A stretch of DNA of 64,000 nucleotides, taken from positions 487,740 to 551,739 of the forward strand of contig NMRA01000069.1 in assembly GCA_002633005.1 (NCBI GenBank), in the 5' to 3' direction. Positions 38,801 through 50,800 of this stretch are shown piece by piece; position 1 is the first letter of the stretch, and each line of letters opens with the position of its first letter. This DNA comes from Phoronis australis (lineage: Eukaryota; Animalia; Phoronida). The translations under genes and the position numbers were made by a program. The notes beneath the pieces were generated by a model. That model saw nothing but the letters and a program-made list of their open reading frames with translations, was not told the DNA's origin and made no database searches.

Positions 38801-41800
38801 ATGTTGAAAAATGCAGAAGATTATACAGTGTAAAGTTGGCATTCATAATCTTTTTTGGACAATAAGACATGAATTTTAACTTTTGCAACTTTTTCTAGAA
38901 AACCAGCTGTAGTTCAGTCGAGGTTTCTTACCCAGTGTTTTAGACAAGCTTTTGCAAGTTAGTCTTCTTATAGCTTGTCATTAAAAATTTGAATTGATGT
39001 CAAAAATGATGAAAGCCAGGCACCCCATTTACTCCACCTCTCGCACTACTTTCCACGAGAGCCTTCATCCCATTCACACTTTATTTACTCCATGTCACGC
39101 ACAATAAGGCAAGAGACTATTCAGTAGTGCAATTGGACTATACTGTTCTTCTGGCTTTGCTGTAGCTCATTTTCACTGTGAAATCTTTTGCCATCGAATT
39201 ACTTCATGGTGCAACTCCCCATTTACTAAATATTAAATAAACATCTATTTGTTAATTTGTAGTATTTGTATTTGGCCACCTCAAAAGAACAAGTTAATAA
39301 CTTGTGATAATCAACGTTAAATTTACATTTGAACAATAATTTCCTTAATTTTTCGAAGATGCGATGTTCAAGAAATCATTTCTTTCCCTGATGTTGTCTT
39401 CCTTGTTGGTCATGCCGTCTGCTTCAGACTTAAAATGTCGTCTGCTGCTCTCTTGACACAGTGTTGGTAGTGTGACGGAGTGCACGTGCACCGAGCTCCG
39501 TTTTCATTCTCCCAAGTGTCCTTCCATTTCTTTCCCCGTGGACAACTTTTGAGCCAGGGACATGCCATCAAGGTGCATGCCATACCGTATTCATCTTCTG
39601 CAAAGTTACAAACAGACAGCAGTTAAAGTTTGTTTCTTGTCTTTAGTTGTGTGTTATGTTACTCAGTTTGAAGGAATAAATCTCGTAGTAGAGAAAAAGA
39701 GTGCGTGCCACTGAATTCATTGGTGAATTAATTTTCGCAACAACTTAAATAACTGCAAAAGGGTGGAATCGTTATAAATTGGTGTCTTTGCCAACACAGT
39801 CTTTTACAAAAGTTCCTCCATGGAAGATTGAAACTCTACAAAAAGTTAATTTTTGAAAGCAGAATTTAAAGATATGTTTTTAGTGTCATTCATATCTCTT
39901 AAACTTTTGGTGCAAAAGATATAATCATATTTGACAACGTTGTTTCAAGCTTAATGGGTTAAAAATTCACGAACTTTAAAATTAGTGCGAAAGTAAATAA
40001 CGACATATCAATCCAACGTTTCGGTTTATTACTCTAAACCATTCTCAAGGAATCAGTTCACAGACTCTGATTCGTGCTTCTGTTCTGGCCTAAATCAAAA
40101 GTGATCAATCGTCTACTGCAGCAATATAGCCATTCTACCTTAAAAAATCAACTGAATCCCTACGGAAAGTTTAGGTTTTTGGAATTAATCCCAATGCAAA
40201 AGGATGGCGTTTCTTAAACTTTTTGAGGCAGTTGCAACCGGCCACTGGGGTCTGTTATGTGAAAAGTGTCTTAGGGCTGTTCCAGTAAAATCTGTATGGG
40301 AGGGGAGGGAAGGCACTTTTTTTCGCACCCACCACCCATATTTTTCATTTATATCTTCAGCCCACCACCTGTAATATTTTATAAGTTTGAAATGCAACCT
40401 CCCGTAATTTTTTTGTTCTTGCGGTTGTCTGCACAGGTACTTGAGTTTATCTGTTCCTCGATCACCACTGACGTCATTCATTACTTAGAAAATATAATTA
40501 TGTTTCTTATATATGGTTATTAGCCATTGAGAAATTCGAGCGCCTGTGGTTGACTGTGGTTATGCGCATGCCGATGGGAAGGTTGGAGGGAGTGAAAATG
40601 TCAGAGCTTTTTGGAAGTTACGTTTTTATTTTGTTGATTCTTTGCGAATTGTTTATAAAACTTACTGAAATTACCCACCATCAAACATTTATGGCACAAT
40701 GAAACAACAACGACCTGTAAATTTTTGTACGACCACCAGCCATTTTGAATTTAAATCACACACAACCACCCATAAATTTTTATTTCAATTGCCTTCCCCC
40801 CTTCCATACGGATTTTGCTGGAACAGCCCTTAAGAATAATACAGAAATTTGGTCTTACCCTCCCCCTTCCCAATTGCCAAATGAAGGTGTAGTGATGGAG
40901 TTATTAGCGCATAACTGTGTGGAAATATTTGATACAATAATTTTTGTCAACATGTAACAACTTTGAGTATATTCTCAGACAATTTATTCATTTGCTGAAG
41001 TGAGTTTTAACTAAAAATAGTTACACGGAGCATAAGACTAAATTTTTGTCTTACGTTTTTTGAGACACAAAAGTCACTTTTTGCGAAACATACCCCTGGT
41101 GCTGCTGAGTTCAAATTGTTGAAACATGATTAGCAGAAGTTTCAACTTACCTGGACATGAACACCAGTTACATCCATCATAAATTGATAGATCCCCTTCT
41201 TCGCATACAGCTTTCACATTTGGCATGGTTCTTGCCAATGCAACAGCCATGACACCCAACAGAACTGATAAGTTAAGTGCCGTCTTCATTGTAATAAACG
41301 TTATCTGCAAACCGTAGATGTGTTCCACACAGCTGGTTTTTAGATCAGTGTGCTAAGTGCGTTTGTTTGATTTTCATCATAGGGAAGTTTGTGATTGGTT
41401 GTTTTGGATGAGAATAATATTTGCAAGGGTAGATAGAGATATCAGAAAGTGGTTGGGACTAATACCCGTTCCTCTTTAAATTTGTGAACAATAGCCAGAT
41501 AGAGGTCTGTCTAAACTTTTCTATCTTCCTTTGAAACCATCTTGTTTTCTCTTTAAGTAAATGAAAAATAATTTCCCATTTGAATTTTCCATCAGTTGTT
41601 ATACACATTTTATTTTTACCGTAAAACTTCACTTATTGTGGACAGAATAATAGCCAAGATTGTTCTTTTCATTCTCAAAGATTTCTTAGTTATGAATGCC
41701 CAAAATTTCAAAGTATTGTGTGGTGGCAGACATAACATGTCTGCTCACAAATGTTCATTTGACAGGTCGGCATGTCGTAGCCGACCTGTCGCCCACTGGC

Positions 41801-44800
41801 CATCTAGTCAAATCCAACCAGACACGTGATGGTCTGCTAGGAGTTGTTAACTCGGTACCTACTGTGGTCGGGACTTTGATGGGAAGTCTGGTTGTCTAGC
41901 TGTGAGGATTACAATTGATGGGTGGGCAGGATTTCCGTCAAGGCAATTATTGCAAGTGAGCATTATTTCACCGTTATGTAATATGCCAAAAAACTTCACG
42001 AATCTAAAATGTGAAAAACGAGCTTTGTTGCTAATCTCAATTTCATCATTCAATTTAAGCAATGTGCATACAACTCTGTAAACTTTTTGAAAATGCGTTG
42101 TGTTTCCTGTTTTGTTGGCGTATTGGTCTGGATGGAAAACTGTTGACAGGAACTGATGTCAAAAATGGTGAAAGCCAGGTACCACATTTACTCCAGATCT
42201 TGTACTACTTTTCATGAGAGCCATCATCACATTTTTAATCACACCGTGGCACGTACAATAGGACAATAGAACAATCAGTAGTGTAATGACCATAATTTTT
42301 TAACCATCAGACTATACTGTTCTGGCTTTGTTGTAGCTCATTTTCACCATGAAATCTTTTGCCATTGAATTACTTCATGGTACAACTCCCCATTTACTAA
42401 ATAAATAAACATCAATTTGTTAATTTGTACTACTTGTATTTGGCCACCTCAAAAAACAAGTTAATAAGTTGTGTTAATCAACCTTAAATTTACATTTGAA
42501 CAATAATTTCCTTAATTTTTCGAAGATATTCAAAAAATCATTTCTTTCCCCATTGTTGTCTTCCTTGTTCGTCATGTCGTCTGCTTCAGACTTAAAATGT
42601 CGTCTGCTGCTTCTAGACACAGTGTTGGTAGAGTGACGGAGTGCACGTGCATCGAGCTCCATTCTCATTCTCCCAGGTGTCCTTCCATTTCTTTCCCCGT
42701 GGACAACTTTTGAGCCAGGCACATGCCATCAAGGTGCACATCATACCGTATTCATCTTCTGCAAAGTTACAAACAGCAGATAGAGTTTGTTTCTTGTCTG
42801 TAGTAGTGTGTTATGTTACTCGATTTGAAGAAATGAATTCTGAGAGAAAAAGAGTATGCGAAGCTAAGTAAGTAAATTACTTTTTACAACAACTTTCACT
42901 TCAAAAGGATTGAACGGTTGTAAATTGGTGTCTTTACCAACAAAGTCTTTTACAAAAAGTTCCACCATGGAAGATCGAAACTACAAAATGTAACAGTTCT
43001 TTTTTGAAATCAGAATTTTAAGAAGGGTTTTTAGTGTTGTTCATATCTGTTAAAGTTTCGGTGCAAAAGATATAATCACATTTGACAACATTGTCGCAAA
43101 GTCAATGGGTTAAAAGTTCAACTGAATCCCTGCAGAAAGTTTACTTTTGGAATTAACCCCTGCAAAATTATGGTGTTTCTGAAACAGAACTCTGTGAAAT
43201 GGTCGGTTTTTCACTGAAGCTTCCTGCAAATGGCCCCTTTTACATGTCCACTCTCTAATTGGTTGGGTATCCTACCTAACCAGCAGCTGTCCCTATAAAA
43301 ATATCATTGAATACCAGTAGTGAATGAACAGTTATTAAAATATGGACATGCCAAATATCGAGTAGTTTAATGATTAATTAAGTATTTCTTTCTACGAATG
43401 GCATATTCCTTTGTCAGTCTGGAGTACTGTATTTTTCATGGAAGTTAAAATTTAGAATTTAATATAATTAGGTTAACATAATTTGTTCCTTGGTTTGTTG
43501 TGTTCAATACGTTGTTTATTTGCCCGTGCTGTGTTGCATCAAACAGTCCCAGATGGGAACTTGACTAAGTTCCCTAAAATATCTTCATATTTGTGAGCTT
43601 GCGAAAGCACTGATTGTCCTTTCTTATGCTGTTTGAGTTTCATTACTGAGCCAAATTTTTGTTTTGATACAAATTGAGAGTAAACTCTTCGTTGAATTCT
43701 CAATATTAATGAACATTAAGTAAAAATCTCTTCATTCTCGCCATCCCTAAGGACCAAGTCCCCATCCCTAAGGACCAAGTCCCCATCCCTAAGAACCAAG
43801 TCCCCATCCCTAAGGACCAAGTCCCCATCCCTAAGGACCAAGTCCCCAATTATTTTGATTAAATTAATGGCCTAGTTTTTAGTTATATTATTAGAAAATG
43901 TCATCAGTCAAAGAAGGACTGGTAATGAAAAATAATTTGATAGAAAAGTATTACACCTGTGAGTAAAGAACAAAACCAATATGCAAAAGATTTAGGGAAC
44001 TTAGTTGAGTCTCTATTTGGGACTGTAGCAACTGGCCACTGGGGTCTGTTTCATGAAAAGTGACTTGCGAATAAGATAGAAACTTAGCCTTACGCTCCCA
44101 CTTAGCAATTACCAAATGAAGGTGTAGTGATAGAGTTATTAACACGTAACTGTTTGGAAAATTATAATATTTAATACAATAATTTTGTCAACATGTAACA
44201 ACTATGAGTATATTCTCAGAAATGTTATTCATTTGCTGAAATTAGTTTTTAATTACTTTTCAAAAATAGTTATGTGGAACGTAAGACTAAATTATTTTGT
44301 CTTTCGTTTTTCAAGGCTTAAAATTCTCTTCTCATGAAACAGACCCCCGGTGCTTCCGAGTTCAAATTGTTGAAACATGATTAGTAGAAGTTTCAACTTA
44401 CCTGGACATGAACACCAGTTACATCCATCATAAATTGATAGATCTCCTTCTTCGCATACAGCTTTCACCTTTGGCATGGTTCTTGCCAATGCAGCAGCCA
44501 TGACACCCAACAGAACTGATAAGTTAAGTGCCGTCTTCATTGTAACAAACGTCGTCTGCAAACTGTAGATGTGTTCCACACAGATGGTTTTTATGTCAGT
44601 GTGCTAAGTGGATTTGTTTTATTTTCTTCTCAATACATGTAGGTTCGTGATTGGTTATTTTGGTGGAGAGTAATATTTTCCAGGGTAGAGTGAGATATTA
44701 AAAAGTAGTTGGGGCTAATATCTGTTCCTCTTTAAATTCGTGAACAATTGCCATGTAGGTTTTACTGCAAATAGAATTCCGTCTAAACTTTTCTAAGTTA

Positions 44801-47800
44801 TGAATGCCCAAAATTTCTAAATGTTGTGTGGCTGCAGCTGTAGCATGTCTGCTCACAAATTTTCAATCAACAGGTCGGCAACGACTTGCCGACTTGTTGC
44901 CCACCAGCCATCTAGCCAAATCCAACCAGACATGTACTATTAGTATTTAGTCATCTCAAAAGAACAAGTTACTTGTGATGAACAATGTTAAATTTACATT
45001 TGAGCACAATCATTTCCTTCATTTTTTGAAGATACGATATTCAAAAAGTAATTTCTGTCCCCGATGTTGTCTTCCTTGTTCATCATGTCATCTGCTTCAG
45101 ACTTAAAATGTCGTCTGCTCCTCTCTAGACACAGTGTTGGTAGAATGATGGAGTACACGTGCACTGGGCTCCATTCTCATTCTCCCAGGTGTCCCTCCAT
45201 TTCTTTCCCCGTGGACAAGTTTTGAGCCAGGGACAAGCCATCAAGGTGCATGCCATACCGTTTTGATCTGGTCCTGCAACGTCAATCAGCCAAAGTTACA
45301 ACCAGGCAGCAGTTTGATGATCCTTGTCTGTAGTAGTGTGTGTCCTGTTACTAGTTTTGAATGAATGAACGGGGGGGGGGAGGGTATTCCCATAGTAGAG
45401 AAAGAGAGTAGGTGTCGCTCGATAGACGGATTTCTTTTTTAGTACAACTTTCCCTGCAAAAGGGTGGCTTCGTTATGAATAGGTGTCTTTTCCAGCAACA
45501 TTTTGTTAGAAAAGCTTGGCCACCATGCGAGATTGAAACTGCAGAAAGTTCATTTTTTGAGAGCAGAATTTAAAGAAGGGATTTTGTATTGTTCATATCT
45601 CTTAAAGTTTCAGTGCAAAAGATATTACTCATATTTTACAACACTGTTGTTTCAAGCTCAATGGGTTAAAAATTCAACTGAATCTTTGGAAAGTTTAGGT
45701 TTTTGGAATTAATCCCTACAAAGTGATGGTGTTTCTGAAACAGGACTCTGTGAAATGGTCGGTTTTTCACTGAAGATCCCTACAAATGGATCCTTTTATG
45801 TGTCTACTCTCAAATTGTTATGTGGAGCATCAGACGGAATTTTTGTCTTATGTTTTTTGAGACTTAAAAGTCACTTTTCATGAAACAGATGGTTGGGATG
45901 GTGGTTCGGAATTCAAACTGCTGAAACATGATTAGTAGAAGTTTCAACTTACCTGGACATGAACACCAGTTACATCCATCATAAATTGATAGATCTCCTT
46001 CTTCGCATACAGCTTTCACCTTAGGCATGGTTCTTGCCAATGCAACGGTCATGACACCCAACAGAAGTGATAAGTTTAGTGCCGTCTTCATTGTAACAGA
46101 CGTTGTCTGCAAACTGTAGATGTGTTCCACACAGACGGTTTTTATGTCAGTGTGCTAAGTGGATTTGTTTTATTTCTTATCATGTAGGTTTGTGATTGGT
46201 TATTTTGAAGTAGAGTAATATTTGCTAGAGAGAGAGAGAGAGATATCAGAAAGTAGTTGGGGTTAATATGTGTTCCAATAGCCATGTAGGTGTTACTGCA
46301 GATAGAAGTCCGTCTAAACTTTTCTATTTTTGTTGACAAAGGAAGTTATTACACCCGAAAATTTCAAATTTCAGTTGATCCATTCTTGTTGTTTTATTTA
46401 CTAGGTTTTTGTTGACAAAGGAAGTTATTACATCCGAAAATTTCTAATTTCAGTTGATCCATTCTTGTTGTTTTATTTACCGATTTATATCTTCCTTTGA
46501 AACTCATCTTGTTTTCTTTTTAAGATTTTACGCAGTCAGTAAAAAATAATTTCCCTTTGAATTTTCCATCAGTGGTTATAGACGTATATTTACCGTCGAA
46601 TTTCACCAATTTTGAACACTGTAATTGCCAAAATTGTTCTTTTTCATTCTCACAAGTTTCTAAGTTACGAATGCTCAAAATTTCAAAATATTGTGTGGTG
46701 GCACCCATAACATGCCTGCTCACAAATTTTCATTCAACAGGTCGGCAATTCGTTGCCGACCTGTCGCCCATCGGCCATTTAGCCAAATCCAACCAGACAC
46801 GTGATGGTCTGCTAGGAGTCGTTAGCTCAGTCCCCACTGTGGTTGGCACTTGGATCGGAAGTCTGTTTGTCTAGCTGTGAGGATTACAATTGATGGATGG
46901 GCAGGATTTCTGTCAAGGCAGTTATTGCAAGTGTGTATGATTTTACAGTATGTAATATGTCAAAAAACTTCATGAATCTAAAATGTAAAAAGAACAAGCC
47001 TTGTGGCTAATTTCAGTTTCATCATTCATTTTAAGCACTGTGTACACGACTCCACAAACTGTTTGGAAATACAATGAAAAAGTTGTGTTTTCTGTTTTAT
47101 TGGTGTATTTTTGGGGATTGAAAACTGATGAAAACGATTAAAGAACAAATCCTATGGACAAAAAAATTTGAAAACGCAAACAAAAAATTGAAATAGGAGT
47201 CTTATGTTCAGACCCTTAGATGAACAATAACAGCCGACCACGAACTGGGTGTGCAAATGGTTGGCAGGAAACACCCAGCTGCAGTAAGATTTTGCATTGA
47301 AGTTAGCCGTGCAGTCAACAGTGCAGTCTGTTATCGATCTGCTTAAAAGTAGCAGAGCAGTCGGCTAATTTTGTCTGGTCGTTCACCAGTCGCCAACCCG
47401 TTTCCCGACCTGTCAGTTAAAATTTGTGACCTGAGCTGTGTCCACTAGATCTTTTTATTAAGTTAAAAAATTGATGACATTTTTATATTGATTCTTATCT
47501 TTTATTTTGAAGGTAATGAACAAATTAACATTCACTTAATGTCTGCAATTTTTTGCTGTTAGGATGCATATGTATAATATTATGTAATAACTAAAAAACA
47601 TTTGTCATTAAAGCGAGGCATATACTATCGGTGTGCTTGAGACTATAGTGTTGTTATCATAAATTGGCAAGGCTGAAACTTAAGTAGCGGTCAACCGGAC
47701 ATGGGTGCTTAAACTGGAAATTAGAAATTTGCGGTGAACAATTGCTCGAACATAGGTTCTTAACAGAGCTAGACATTCGGCATGACCAGGTATGACCTCC

Positions 47801-50800
47801 CACAATTGAAGTCCTCATGCTAAAAATTGAAAGAATCTGCGGCGTATCGTCTGCCCCTAGTCTAGAACAATTTGCTAATTTGCATTACGAGTTAACTGAT
47901 ATTTATTGATGAGAAATAAAGTGTAGTAATTCTTCACTAATTTTCCACAAAATTACCAACGGCGTAATTTTTTCATTTTTCAAAGGCCGATTACTTTTTT
48001 GCAAATAATGTGGATTTTAGCAATTAATTAACATCAATCTACTGTAACTCAGGCTTATGGTAGACTATCGTAAATTCTCTTAATTTTTTGCGGAGCCATG
48101 TTGTATGCTAAATAAGCAAACTGTTACCGTGGTAAAGTAGGAAAAAAGTGCATGTTTAGAAAATACCCTCCAAAGTTGGTGCACTGACTTGTCTTAGGGT
48201 TATTATTTTTACCACAGTGATTGAAAGTACAAAGTTAGGGGAGTTTTGAGCATAATTTTCTCTTTTTTTGCAGTTCAAATTTTGCAGCTTGCAACCACGG
48301 CTGTGAAAACATGCTGTCAGAAAATCTCCATGCACTGGCTATTAAATTTGGACTTAAGACCAGTTGTGTGTTTCAACGTATGTTATAGTTCAGACTGTAT
48401 TAATTCAAAGTTGCAACATTTTAAGCTGTATTTTACCCTGTTCCTGGCGAAAAAAGCAAAATCGAGTTGAGCCTTTTACTCTCAAAAAAAAAAAACAATC
48501 TCGTACTATTCCTTACTGCGATAGGATTCCATTTCTGTTCCTAACAAGAACAAGGAAACAATCAGGGACTCAAAGAAAATGCTTTAGAGTATATTGGAGT
48601 TGGCCAACCTTAAACTTGTGGATTTGCTTGTGATTTGACAGCAATAAGTCAAGATCTGATGAGCGCGTTAATATTTTAAACCCCAAAGCTCTTCGGCTAA
48701 CACAGACTGACTAAACAGGGGCAAAATTCAGATTTTAGTGAAACGATCCCTAGGATATGATATTTGCCATATGCACAAAATATCACATGTCCTTGCCACG
48801 GTTGTCTATCACTTCCTAATGGTTAAACTGCGAAAAAATACAGGTTCTTTTGAAAAATGAATTTGCTTTAGCGTAGACTGAGAGTCCTGGGTTGGCTAGG
48901 ATCAGAGTTGTTTTATAATGTTTCACAGAAGCAGATAACAGAATGTATTGTCCTAGGATCAGTCACAGTGAAAAACTGTCATTCGAACTGTTCCTGTATC
49001 TGTATTTGAAAGTCTACCTTCAGCATTTTGCAAATGGTTGGTGAAGCATAGCCTTAATGGGTAGTAACAGGGTGAGGGTGGACGATTATGTGAGCATATG
49101 CATGAATCCAAATATTTATTGTACAATGGGGAGGTTGAGGTTTATTAGACTGAATTATGCTATAAAGTTTAATTATGCCTTACGTAAATTTTAGTAATTT
49201 TATGTTTAGCTATTATAATTGAATTTCGTGTTTCTCGGTCATTCTTAACTAGCTCTTATTTTACAAATGACATTTATCTCCTTGTAATTGTCACATAAAT
49301 TGAAAAATCTGTTTACAGTGGAAATTAGAAGCTAATTATAGTCTTGTTATCTATATGAGAGCAAACAGCTTATTAGTGGAATAGTTGCTAATGACCAGGT
49401 CACTCATAACAAAGCTGTACTCAATTGGCTCCAGTTATATCACCTCATCAATAGGAATTCAGTCTCCGATATTTACCCACAATGCTTTGCATCATCCCTG
49501 ATATTTACCCACAATGCTGTGCATCATCCCTGAGTCTATGATATTTACCCACGATGCTGTGCAGGGCACTTGCCCCCCCATGTGTGCACTGTAGTCATGC
49601 TAATGATTATTTTGCATTTAAGATTAATTTGTCGCTTATGATAAATAAAGTTTTAATGCTTAATGGTGAGGTGCTTTGGAGAAGTCAAAATATTGAAATG
49701 CTGTGCGAGACATCATAAATTCTTCTCCAATTGTCCTACTCAACTCCTACGTATTGAAAACTATGTCAATCGTACAATGCATTTTATACCTCTGCAAAGA
49801 GGAGAGTTGAATCCAAGAAGTGGAAAATACAGTAGGCAAAGTCAAAACTTGAGACCTCTTGTGGAAATCTAGTCCTAGAATCAATTGGTAAATTCTGCTT
49901 GGTCTACAGTGTAATTAGACTGTCTAGCATAATTTGTGTTTACTCAAATGAAGAAGGATTTCTGAGCTATAGAAGAGCTGACGTTTCATTAGTTCATAAG
50001 ATCATACCATGTGCCTCAAATGACATGTTGTGGCAAGTCTACTTATCCAGCCAAATCTAGGGAGGGAGGGTTAAATTTAGCTGCTTTAAAGCAATAAGCT
50101 AAGTCCTCTTATTTCGCACAAAAATAACTGCCAAAATTGTCATTATTCCGTCGTTCGTAGGCTGGTTACTGTACTGAAAATAACGGAAAATTACCAAAAA
50201 GTTTACGTTTTATGATATCTACGCAGTACAAACCACACTGACCAAAATTTTATTTGTCGGCCATGTACGCTAAATACGAGAAGATTAACTGTTAAAGTGA
50301 TGCACATGTCTTCAGTCTGAGGCTCTCCAGTAATTAGCATAACACTATGCAGATTGTGAGAAGTGATACCTCTCATCTGTTACACATGTATGACAGGTAT
50401 TTTCAATGAGAAAGTCGGGAAAAGCTGGTGCAGTATATGACTAAAAGTAATCAAAACAAAATACGGTTTCCCCGTCATGATAGTTCATTCTATTGGTTAT
50501 CAGTATAGGCTGTAGGAAGGACGGAAGCAAAATAAAGTGCGAAGTGCAAAACATGACTTTCCTGTGCATAATCTATTGTCGAACTGAACTCAATACACGC
50601 AAGGCCACTAGGGTGCGCTAACAAATACAACAAGTGACATCTATTGAGCACAATCTACAACAACTTCTATTTACAGCAAAAATGACAAGTCTGGTAAAAA
50701 CTATTATGATGGCAAAATTCTAATTACAGGATTGATGGCCACCTTTATAACTTTCCGTTTAATTCCCCTTCATACTTGGCACACGAGATCAGTTAATTTA

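Larger units (their letters stand above)
38990..47130. repeat. Three-unit tandem duplication carrying the peptide genes (~38990-42150, ~42150-44932, ~44933-47130)
   Basis: Colinear, diverged blocks covering 3'UTR, exon 2, intron, exon 1, promoter and upstream hairpin. No gap lies between the units. Confidence 0.92.

Noticed and set aside
42474-42871. ORFs 42474-42722(-) and 42641-42871(+)
   Set aside because: Alternative-frame or antisense shadows of peptide exon 2; not kept open in the other copies.
43741-43847. 21-bp repeats as a possible CRISPR array
   Set aside because: Contiguous units with no unique spacers and no cas genes.
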